Assembly: GCA_046597055.1 (NCBI GenBank)
Contig: JBKJLC010000271.1
Span: 1-42,202 of the forward strand
Source: Kofleriaceae bacterium
GTDB taxonomy: Bacteria; Myxococcota_A; Polyangia; Haliangiales; Haliangiaceae
Direction of reading: 5' to 3'
Length of the DNA: 42,202 nt
Translations under genes and position numbers: made by a program
The notes under the pieces: model-generated
Told to the model about the DNA's origin: nothing
The model's database searches: none
What the model saw: only the letters and a program-made list of their open reading frames with translations
Part shown: piece after piece, positions 28,567 through 36,645 of the stretch
How the letters are laid out: the number at the start of each line of letters is the position of its first letter
How positions within the stretch are numbered: position 1 is the first letter of the stretch

Positions 28567-31023
28567 ATGGTCGAACCGGTCCTCCCTCAGCGCGCGCGGG
28601 TCGTCGTGATCGGCGGCGGCGTGATCGGCTGCTCCGTCGCGTATCACCTGGCGCACATGGGCTGGAAGGACGTGGTCCTGCTCGAGCGCGACCGGCTGAC
28701 CTCGGGCACCACCTGGCACGCGGCCGGCCTGATGGTCACCTTCGGCTCGACCTCCGAGACCTCGACCGAGATGCGCAAGTACACGCGCGACCTGTACGCG
28801 CGGCTCGAGGCCGAGACCGGCCAGGCCACCGGGTTCAAGCCGGTCGGGTTCATCGAGGTCGCGAGCGACCCCGACCGCCTCGAGGAGTACCGGCGGATCT
28901 CGGCGTTCAACCGTCACTGCGGCGTCGACGTCGAGGAGATCTCGCCGGCCCAGGTGAAGGAGCTGTTCCCGCTCGCGCGCACCGACGACCTGCTCGCCGG
29001 CTTCTACGTCCGCGGCGACGGCCGCGCCGATCCGGTCGACGTCACGATGGCGCTGGCCAGGGGCGCCCGCCAGCAGGGCGTGACGATCCTCGAGGGGGTC
29101 GCCGCCACCGGCGTGACCCGGCGCGCCGGCGCGGTGACCGGCGTCGATACCGCCTACGGCCACATCGAGGCCGAGTACGTCGTGAACTGCGCCGGCATGT
29201 GGGCGCGTCAGCTGGGCGCGAAGTCGGGCGTGAACATCCCGCTGCAGTCGGCCGAGCACTACTACCTCATCACCGAGAAGATCCCCGGGCTGAGCCCGAG
29301 CTGGCCGGTGCTCGAGGATCCGGCCTCGTACGGCTACTTCCGCGAGGAGGTCGGCGGCCTGATGATCGGCCTGTTCGAGCCGGTGTGCGCGCCGTGGCAG
29401 GTCGGCGGCGTGCCCGACGACTTCTCGTTCGGCTCGCTGCCGCCCGACTGGGATCGGATGAGCCCGTACCTCGAGAAGGCGATGCAGCGGGTGCCGATCT
29501 CGTCGGAGGTCGGCGTGAAGAAGTTCTTCTGCGGGCCCGAGAGCTTCACGCCCGACCTGCAGCCGATCGTCGGCGAGGCGCCCGAGCTGAAGAACTACTT
29601 CGTCGCGGCCGGGATGAACTCGATCGGCATCCTCACCGGCGGCGGGCTCGGCCGCGTGCTCGCGCACTGGATCATCAACGGCCGCGCCGACGTCGACATC
29701 ACCGGCTTCAACATCGACCGCCTGCACCCGTACCAGGCCAACCCCGAGTACCGGCGGACGCGCACGGTCGAGTCGCTGGGCATGGTCTACCAGTGTCACT
29801 ACCCGAACCGGTCGATGCAGACCGCGCGCGGCGCCAAGACCTCGGCGCTGCACGATCGGCTGGTCGCGCGCGGCGCCTACTTCCGCGACGTCAGCGGCTG
29901 GGAAGGCGCCGACTGGTACGCGCCGCCCGGCCTCGAGCCGGTGGTCGAGCGGCTGTCGTTCGCGCGCGAGAGCTGGTTCCCGCACTGGGCGGCCGAGCAC
30001 CGGGCCGCGCGCGAGGGCGTGATCGTCATGGACATGTCGTTCATGTCGAAGTTCCTCGTGCAGGGTCGCGACGCCGGCCGGATCCTCGAGCACCTGTCGG
30101 CCAACCGGGTCGACGGCGACCCCGGCGTCATCACCTACACGCAGTGGCTCAACGACGCCGGCAAGCTCGAGGCCGACCTGACCGTGACCAAGCTCGACGA
30201 CGACCGGTTCTGGGTGGTCGCGTCGGACAACGCCTACCGCCACGTCCTCACCTGGATGCGCCGCCACCTCGGCGACGCCCACGCGTTCGTCAGCGATCAG
30301 ACCTCGGGCTACGCCCAGCTCAACGTGCAGGGCCCGCGCTCGCGCGAGCTCTTGCAGTCGATCACCAGCGCCGACCTGTCAAACCCGGCGTTCCCGTTCC
30401 GGACCGCCCGCGAGATCGACATCGGCTTCGGCCGGGTGCTGTGCATCCGCATCACGTACCTCGGCGAGCTCGGCTACGAGCTGTACATCCCGACCGAGCA
30501 AGCGACCCACGTCTACGATCGGCTGGTGACCGCCGGTGCCCGGGTCGGCCTGCGCCACGCCGGGCTCAAGGCGCTGGCCAGCCTGCGCATGGAGAAGGCC
30601 TACCGCGACTACGGGCACGACATCGACAACACCGACTCGGTGCTCGAGGCCGGCCTCGGCTTCGCGGTCGATCTGAAGAAGCCGGGCGGCTTTCTCGGCA
30701 AGGACGCGGTGCTGGCACAAAAAGCGGCCGGGCCGCTGCGCAAGCGGCTCGTGCAGATCCTGGTCAAGGACCCGCAGCCGCTCCTGTTCCACGCCGAGGT
30801 GGTGCGCCGCGACGGCACCGCGGTCGGCTACGTCCGCGCCGCCTCGTACGGTCACACCCTGGGCGGCGCGGTCGGCCTGGTCATGGTCGAGGCCGATCAG
30901 CCGGTCGACGCGGCCTACCTCGCCAGCGGTCGCTGGGAGGTCGAGATCAACGGCGCGTCGTACCCGGCCGTGCTGTCGCTCAAGCCGCTCTACGATCCGA
31001 CCAACGAGCGCATCAAGGCCTGA
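28567..31023 (+). CDS. GcvT-family FAD-dependent oxidoreductase (sarcosine/dimethylglycine dehydrogenase-like)
   Basis: VIGGGVIG FAD motif, SGTTWHAAG, ESFTPD, then a folate-binding GcvT region (YLGELGYELY, LRMEKAY, YDPTNERIK). Confidence 0.92.
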   Translation: MVEPVLPQRARVVVIGGGVIGCSVAYHLAHMGWKDVVLLERDRLTSGTTWHAAGLMVTFGSTSETSTEMRKYTRDLYARLEAETGQATGFKPVGFIEVASDPDRLEEYRRISAFNRHCGVDVEEISPAQVKELFPLARTDDLLAGFYVRGDGRADPVDVTMALARGARQQGVTILEGVAATGVTRRAGAVTGVDTAYGHIEAEYVVNCAGMWARQLGAKSGVNIPLQSAEHYYLITEKIPGLSPSWPVLEDPASYGYFREEVGGLMIGLFEPVCAPWQVGGVPDDFSFGSLPPDWDRMSPYLEKAMQRVPISSEVGVKKFFCGPESFTPDLQPIVGEAPELKNYFVAAGMNSIGILTGGGLGRVLAHWIINGRADVDITGFNIDRLHPYQANPEYRRTRTVESLGMVYQCHYPNRSMQTARGAKTSALHDRLVARGAYFRDVSGWEGADWYAPPGLEPVVERLSFARESWFPHWAAEHRAAREGVIVMDMSFMSKFLVQGRDAGRILEHLSANRVDGDPGVITYTQWLNDAGKLEADLTVTKLDDDRFWVVASDNAYRHVLTWMRRHLGDAHAFVSDQTSGYAQLNVQGPRSRELLQSITSADLSNPAFPFRTAREIDIGFGRVLCIRITYLGELGYELYIPTEQATHVYDRLVTAGARVGLRHAGLKALASLRMEKAYRDYGHDIDNTDSVLEAGLGFAVDLKKPGGFLGKDAVLAQKAAGPLRKRLVQILVKDPQPLLFHAEVVRRDGTAVGYVRAASYGHTLGGAVGLVMVEADQPVDAAYLASGRWEVEINGASYPAVLSLKPLYDPTNERIKA

Positions 31024-31026
31024 GCT

Positions 31027-31645
31027 TCACTCCAGCCGATCGTACGCGAGGAAGTCGACCCCGACCTCGCGCGCCACCGCGCGGAACGCGGCGGTGTGGG
31101 GCGTGTCGGACAGCCGCAGCTGGCGGCCCTTCGCGTGCGCGCGGTCGGCGAGCCCGCGCAGCCGATCGCGCTGTGACTCGGGGATCACGCCGGCGCCGCT
31201 CCAGTCGAGGTAGTCGCCCTACTCGAGCGCGTAGTGGTCCCACCGGCCATCGGCCGGCCGGTCGTCGTGGGCGTACGTGTTGGAGTCGCGCACGTACGGC
31301 CGTGGGCCCGCGCGCCCGACCAGGGCGCACTTGGCCTCCGCGTCGCCGGTCAGGACCACCGTGACCGCGCCCGGCTGCTGGGTCCCGTCGTCCGCGAACC
31401 GGACGAACATCGGATAGTCGTCGAGCGCGGCGCGCACCGCGTCCTGCAGGTCGCCATCGTCGTCCTTCAGGTCGATCCACAGGAAGAACCGGGCGCCGTC
31501 GCCGTCACACCGGCGTGGTCGCCGGGCCGATCGACGTCGGCGGCGGGATGTACGGCAGCTCGCACTCGACCAGCGCGACCAGCGCGAGCGCGGCGGCCGG
31601 CGCGACCACGTCCCGCGGTCGACCGGGTGCAAGCCGTGGGCGCAT
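31027..31645 (-). pseudogene. Disrupted PI-PLC/GDPD-like phosphodiesterase (TIM barrel) gene
   Basis: LWIDLK...VTVVLTG...YALE is followed by TAG at 31219-31221, and the frame continues GDYLDWSGAGVIPESQRDRLRGLADRAHAKGRQLRLSDTP...GVDFLAYD to TGA at 31027. A signal-like N-terminus (ATG 31645) is in another frame and the N-terminal catalytic part appears deleted. Confidence 0.62.
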
Positions 31646-31713
31646 CGCTGTAAGCATGCCCTGGCGACGCCGCCGATGGTCTGGCGGATCACGCCGATCG
31701 GGTCGCCGGACGC

Positions 31714-33414
31714 TCAGAACGGCGCCGGCCGCTCGAGCTCGATCCGCGCGCCGGTCCGGGGATGCAGGAACGCCAGCGCCTCGGCGTGCAGCAACAGCCG
31801 GTCCGCGCCGTCGCCACCCGCGTCGCCGTCGGCGCGTCCGTACAGCCGGTCACCGACGATGGGCGTGCCGAGGCCCAGCGGGTGCGCGGCGTGGACCCGC
31901 AGCTGGTGGGTGCGGCCGGTGCGCGGGACCAGCGCGACCCGGGTCCGGTCCGCGGTCCGGCCGATCACGCGCCACTCGGTGCGGGCCGCCTTGCCGTGGA
32001 CCGGATCGTGGATCTGGCGCGGGCGATCGTCGAGATCGACCCGCAGCGCCAGCTCGATCACGCCGGCGTCTCCGGCCACCGGGCCGGCGAGCCACGCGGC
32101 GTAGCGCTTGTCGACCTCGCGGCGCGCGAACTGGCGCTGGAGCGCCGCGTGGGTGTCGGCATCCTTGGCCGCGAGCAGCAGCCCGGACGTGTCGAGATCG
32201 AGGCGGTGCACGATGAGCGGGCCCGTCGCGTCGGGGTAGCGCTCGCGCAGGCGCACCAGCACCGAGTCGCGCAGCTGGGCGTGGCGGCCCGGCACCGACA
32301 GCAGGCCGCATGGCTTGTCGACCACGACCAGCCAGGGATCCTCGAACACGACCCGGGGCTCGTCCGCGCCGATCGGCGCGGCCCCGAACACCGGGGCCGG
32401 CTCGGCGGCCAGGCCCTCGAGCATGAACGGCAGGACGCCGCCGCACTTGCCGCGGCACGCCGGGTAGAAGCTGCCGGCATGACGACCGCCGGTGACCGGC
32501 GGCGCGCCCCACCACAGCTCGGCCAGCGCGACCGGCCGCAGGCCGTGCCGGTAGGCCAGCGCGAGCAGCTTGGGCGCCGCGCAGTCGCCGGCGCCGCCGG
32601 GCGGCTCGTCGGGCGCGAACAGCGCGCGCAGCGACCGGCGCTCGCCGCGCGCGCTCGTGATGACGTAGGTGTCGTGGATGCGATGCAGGTAGTGGCGCGA
32701 GCGCTCGGCGCGGCGCTGGTCGAGCGCGGCCCGCTGCGCCTCGAGCGCCCGCAGCGGCGCCGCGATCGCCTCGCGCTCGGCGTGGTGGCCGGCCTCGAGC
32801 CGCCGCGCCTCGGCGGTGTCGGCCCGGCTCGCCTGGGCGAGCGCGTGCAGGTCGGCCGCATGCTCGGCGGCGACCGCGCCCAGCGCGGCGCGGGCCTGGT
32901 GACGGCGGCGCTTGTTGTCGTGGTGGCGCGCGCGTACTGCGGCTGCGGCCCGGTCGTGGCGCGTGGTCAGCGCCGCCAGCGCGTCGCGCAGCGCGACCGG
33001 CTCGGCGCCATCGAACAGCGCCTGGCGCTGGTCCTCGATCGCGCGCAGCTCGGCCTCGCCGGCCGGCCAGAACTCGTCGCGCGCGGGCTGCTCGAACAGC
33101 GGCGGCGCGAAGCCGGCAAGGTCCCAGCGGCCGGCCAGCATGCCCGAAAACGCGCGCAGGTAGCCGACCCGGCCGTCGGGCGCGGCGACCACGAGCACGC
33201 CGAACATCTTGCCGCCGCCGGGCTGGTCGAGGCCGCGCAGGTCGACGCCGCCGGCGAGGACGCCCCGGCGCAGCTCGGCGACCAGCGCCGCGGCCGCGCG
33301 CCGCGCGATCGGGACCGGCAGCCCGGGCGCGAACGGGCTCGGGAACCGGGCCGGCAGCTCGGCCGGTTCCGGCTGCGGATCGAAGTACGTGACGAACGCA
33401 GGCACGGCGCACAT
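31714..33414 (-). CDS. rluA: Long-form RluA-family pseudouridine synthase
   Basis: VDKPCGLLSVPG, catalytic VHRLDLDTSG, KRY, TGRTHQLRVH, IVGDRLYG, LHAE. N-terminal region has GKMFGVL, a coiled coil, GDCAAPKLL and YPACRGKC. Start approximate. Confidence 0.9.
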   Translation of the reverse strand: MCAVPAFVTYFDPQPEPAELPARFPSPFAPGLPVPIARRAAAALVAELRRGVLAGGVDLRGLDQPGGGKMFGVLVVAAPDGRVGYLRAFSGMLAGRWDLAGFAPPLFEQPARDEFWPAGEAELRAIEDQRQALFDGAEPVALRDALAALTTRHDRAAAAVRARHHDNKRRRHQARAALGAVAAEHAADLHALAQASRADTAEARRLEAGHHAEREAIAAPLRALEAQRAALDQRRAERSRHYLHRIHDTYVITSARGERRSLRALFAPDEPPGGAGDCAAPKLLALAYRHGLRPVALAELWWGAPPVTGGRHAGSFYPACRGKCGGVLPFMLEGLAAEPAPVFGAAPIGADEPRVVFEDPWLVVVDKPCGLLSVPGRHAQLRDSVLVRLRERYPDATGPLIVHRLDLDTSGLLLAAKDADTHAALQRQFARREVDKRYAAWLAGPVAGDAGVIELALRVDLDDRPRQIHDPVHGKAARTEWRVIGRTADRTRVALVPRTGRTHQLRVHAAHPLGLGTPIVGDRLYGRADGDAGGDGADRLLLHAEALAFLHPRTGARIELERPAPF

Positions 33415-33630
33415 CAACGCGGGGACGGCTCGGCGCGCATGGCAGCGCCGGAGCGTACACCGCACGCCGTCGTCGGGTGCCCACGGCCGGGACGCGGCGA
33501 CCGCTCGCCGCCGCCCGTGCCGTCGAGCGCGCCGCCGCCACGCCCGGCAGCAACTGGCAAACAACGGCGCTTCGAGCAACCCGCGCCATCGCGGCCGAGA
33601 CCCTGCGCACACTGGCCCCAGGAGATCGAC

Positions 33631-33915
33631 GTGAGTGAAATCAGTCTCGAAGTGTGGGACGCGACCGGGAACAAGCGTCTCGATGTCGCCGTCCCCGACG
33701 ATGTCGCGGTCGAGCGGATCTTGCTGGTGCTGGCCGACCGGCTGCATCTGCCCAAGCACGCGCCCGACGGCCAGCTGATGAGCTACAAGTTCCATCATCG
33801 GCGCCTCGGCGTGCAGCTGCTCGACGAGCAGACGCTCGCCGCGCAGCAGGTGGAGGCCGGCGACATCGTCCGGATCCAGCCCGAGATCACCGCCGGTGGC
33901 GACCTCCCCCGCTGA
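33631..33915 (+). CDS. Ubiquitin-like (beta-grasp) protein, 94 aa, C-terminus ...ITAGG-DLPR
   Basis: AGGAG at 33620-33624 then GTG 33631. Ub/YukD-like pattern ISLEV..RLDVAVPDDVAVERILLVL..YKF..LLDEQTLAAQQVEAGDIVRI with Gly89-Gly90. Appears only as the tail of the spurious 717-aa ORF in the track. Confidence 0.85.
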   Translation: MSEISLEVWDATGNKRLDVAVPDDVAVERILLVLADRLHLPKHAPDGQLMSYKFHHRRLGVQLLDEQTLAAQQVEAGDIVRIQPEITAGGDLPR

Positions 33916-35137
33916 GGTGCGGATCGCAGCGGCCGAGCTGGCCGACGCGGCGCACGACGATCGGTACCACCGCCAGTCCTTGATCGACTGGTGGGATCAG
34001 GCGCGCGTGGCCCGGACCCGGATCCTCGTGGTCGGCGCGGGCGCGCTCGGCAACGAGATCCTCAAGTCGCTCGCGCTGATCGGCAGCGGCTTCACCCTCG
34101 TCTACGATCCCGACCGGATCGAGCGATCGAACCTGTCGCGGAGCGTCCTGTTCCGGCAGGCCGACGAGGCCGACGGCAAGGCGGCCGTGGCCGTGCGGCA
34201 GATGCGCGAGATCAATCCGGGCGTCCACGCCCACGCGATCGCGGGCAACGTGCTCGACCAGGCCGGGCTCGGGGTCTTTCACTGGGCCGACGTCGTGATC
34301 GGCGCGGTCGACAACCGGGAAGCCCGCGTCTTCATCAACGGCGCGTGCGCGCGCACCGGCAAGACCTGGGTCGATGGCGCCATCGAGGGCCTGGCCGGCG
34401 TCGTCCGCGTCTTCGCGCCGGGTCAGGGCGCTTGTTACGAGTGCACGATGAACTCGACCGATCGCAAGCTGCTGGCGACCCGTCGCTCGTGTGCGCTGCT
34501 CGCCCGCGACGCCGTCGCGCGCGGCCACGTGCCGACCTCCGCGATCGCGGCGTCGGTCATCGGCGCCATGGAGGTCCAGGAGGCGATCAAGCTCGTCCAC
34601 GGGCAGCCGACGCTGACCGGCCACGGGCTCCACCTCGACGGGCTCCATGGCGAGATCAGCCGCGTGCGCTACCAGCGCCGCCCGGACTGCTCGGGCCATG
34701 ACGCGCTCGGCCCGATCGTGCCGCTCGGCCTCGGGGTCGACGACGTGACGCTCGGCGCCCTGCTCGAGCGCGCCGAGACCGCGCTGGGCGCCGGGGCCGC
34801 CCTCGATCTCTCGCGCGACGTGATCGTCAGCCTCACCTGCCCGACCTGCAGCACCCGGACGCCCGGGCGCACGGTCCTCGGCGCGGTGCGCGAGTCGCAG
34901 GCCGCGTGTCCGCGCTGTGCCACCCATCGCGTGGTCGAGATCACGTCGTCGATCAGCCGCGACAGCGACCTCGACCTGGGCCAGACGCCGGGCGAGCTCG
35001 GCCTGCCGCCGTTCGACATCATCGTGGCCCGTCAGGGCCTGGACCGGCAGGAGGCCTGGCTGTTCGACGGCGACGCCGCGCGGGTCCTGGGGTCATTGGC
35101 GGGGTCCCGGACGGGCCCCCAAGGGAATCCGACATGA
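33896..35137 (+). CDS. E1-like (ThiF/MoeB/UBA) activating enzyme with C-terminal Zn-ribbon region
   Basis: GAGALG, DPDRIERSNLSR, KA, AVDNREAR, CYEC, candidate catalytic Cys199 (RRSC), CSGH, extra CPTC...CPRC. No rhodanese domain. Alternative start GTG 33917. Confidence 0.92.
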   Translation: MATSPAEVRIAAAELADAAHDDRYHRQSLIDWWDQARVARTRILVVGAGALGNEILKSLALIGSGFTLVYDPDRIERSNLSRSVLFRQADEADGKAAVAVRQMREINPGVHAHAIAGNVLDQAGLGVFHWADVVIGAVDNREARVFINGACARTGKTWVDGAIEGLAGVVRVFAPGQGACYECTMNSTDRKLLATRRSCALLARDAVARGHVPTSAIAASVIGAMEVQEAIKLVHGQPTLTGHGLHLDGLHGEISRVRYQRRPDCSGHDALGPIVPLGLGVDDVTLGALLERAETALGAGAALDLSRDVIVSLTCPTCSTRTPGRTVLGAVRESQAACPRCATHRVVEITSSISRDSDLDLGQTPGELGLPPFDIIVARQGLDRQEAWLFDGDAARVLGSLAGSRTGPQGNPT

Positions 35138-36645
35138 GCTCACTCGACATCCGCGCGATCGACCAGACCCACCTGCGCCAGCAGCCGTGCCCGGCGACCA
35201 AGCACGAGCTGGCGGTGTTCCTCGCCGAGGAAGCCTTCGACCGCGCGGTCGCCCGCGGCGACAGCGACACCACCCGCGAGATCGGCGGCGTCCTCGTCGG
35301 CGAGCTGCTGCGCGATGCCGGCGGCCCGTATCTGCGCATCGACACCACGATCGATGCGCTGCACGCCGAGGAGAAGGGTGCCGAGCTGACGTTCACCCAC
35401 GCCACGTGGGAGCACATCCACAAGGAGATGGACACCCGCCATCAGGGCAAGAAGGTGGTGGGCTGGTACCACACCCACCCTGGCTTCGGCGTCTTCCTCT
35501 CCGACCGCGATCAGTTCATTCACAAGAGCTTCTTCAACCTCCCCTTCCAGGTCGCGTTCGTCTACGACCCGAAGAGCAAGGAGCACGGGCTGTTCACGTG
35601 GCGGGACAACGAGGTGTGGCGCATGCGCCGCTACGCGATCGGCGACCGCGAGCACACCTGGGACGGCAATCGCGCCAGCGCCCGTCCGAGCGATGCGACC
35701 GAGAAGCCGGACGACGCCCGCCGCGACGCCCGCGACACCGCCCGGGATCGTGGCGAAGATCCGGGCCTGAATGGCTCGTTCGCGACGGTGGTCATGGTGG
35801 CGACCGTGCTGGTGCTGCTCGCGGGCTTCGCTGGCCACTGGTTCGGCTCGTCGGCCGCGAACGCCACGATCGGGCAGGCCCAGATCGAGATCGCCAAGGC
35901 CCGCAGCGACGGCGCCCAGCTCGCGGTCGCGTCCCTCGAGCACGACCTGGTCGGGCTGTTGCGCGCGACGCTCGGCGACCAGGCGGTCCACCAGCCGGTC
36001 GCCCAGGCAATCGCCGGGGTGGATCGGGCGCTGGCGAGCCTCGCCCCTGCGGTCCCCGGCGGGGCCACCGCCGGCGCCGCCGCGCCGAGCCCGGACCCGC
36101 GCCAGGCCGACGCGATCAGCCAGCTCAGGACCGCCCGCGAGGGCCTCCTGCGGTTGAGCGTGGATCGCAGCTCGGCCGAGGCGCTGCTCGCGGCGATCGA
36201 GCGAGCCACCCGCCAGGGTGGCGACGCCCGGGCCGATCTCGCCCGCGACGTGGCGGCCCAACGGTCGGGCATCGGTGGGCTGTACGCCGAGCTGGCGACC
36301 GAGGTCGTGAAGGCCGGCGATGTGCGTCGCGCCCAGCGCTTGCTCACGACGGCCGCGCTGCTCGATCCCGGCAATCGCCCGCGCTACGAGAAGCAGCTGC
36401 AGTCGTTCGCCCGGGGCGCCACGCTGCCGCGGGCCCCCGCGATCAAGGAAAGCGCGCCGGCCGCCACTTTCCCGGCAACCGCCCCCGCGACCGGGCCGAC
36501 AGCTGCGCCCGTAACCCCACCGACCGCCGCGCCCGCAACCCCACCGACCGCCCCGCCCGCACCGCCCGCGACGTTGCCGGCAACCGCCCCCGCGGTCGGG
36601 CCGACCGCCGGGCCGACCGCGAACGCCGACGGAGGAACCCGATGA
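35134..36645 (+). CDS. Membrane-anchored JAB/MPN+ (JAMM) metallo-isopeptidase
   Basis: REIGGVLVG and GWYHTHPGFGVFLSDRD give an intact E...HxH-x7-S-x2-D motif; one TM, a helical region with a TPR-like motif and a Pro/Ala/Thr tail. ATG 35134 has an ATGA overlap. Confidence 0.92.
   Translation: MSSLDIRAIDQTHLRQQPCPATKHELAVFLAEEAFDRAVARGDSDTTREIGGVLVGELLRDAGGPYLRIDTTIDALHAEEKGAELTFTHATWEHIHKEMDTRHQGKKVVGWYHTHPGFGVFLSDRDQFIHKSFFNLPFQVAFVYDPKSKEHGLFTWRDNEVWRMRRYAIGDREHTWDGNRASARPSDATEKPDDARRDARDTARDRGEDPGLNGSFATVVMVATVLVLLAGFAGHWFGSSAANATIGQAQIEIAKARSDGAQLAVASLEHDLVGLLRATLGDQAVHQPVAQAIAGVDRALASLAPAVPGGATAGAAAPSPDPRQADAISQLRTAREGLLRLSVDRSSAEALLAAIERATRQGGDARADLARDVAAQRSGIGGLYAELATEVVKAGDVRRAQRLLTTAALLDPGNRPRYEKQLQSFARGATLPRAPAIKESAPAATFPATAPATGPTAAPVTPPTAAPATPPTAPPAPPATLPATAPAVGPTAGPTANADGGTR

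Noticed and set aside
33555..33570. Sigma-54 promoter for the ubiquitin operon (TGGCAAACAACGGCGC)
   Set aside because: GG-to-GC spacing is not the strict 10 nt and the -12 element is poor.
31762..33630. 717-aa + strand ORF as one protein
   Set aside because: It is the antisense shadow of rluA; only the last 94 codons, after the RBS at 33620, look real.
33631..35137. ThiS/ThiF or MoaD/MoeB sulfur-carrier pair
   Set aside because: No cofactor or cysteine biosynthesis genes and no rhodanese domain; an E2 and RING-like proteins in the same operon point to protein conjugation.
34917..36641. N-terminal ~575 aa of the 1028-aa ORF (apparent giant FHA fusion)
   Set aside because: Arg/Pro-rich off-frame translation overlapping the E1 and JAB genes; the true start is ATG 36642 after GGAGG.
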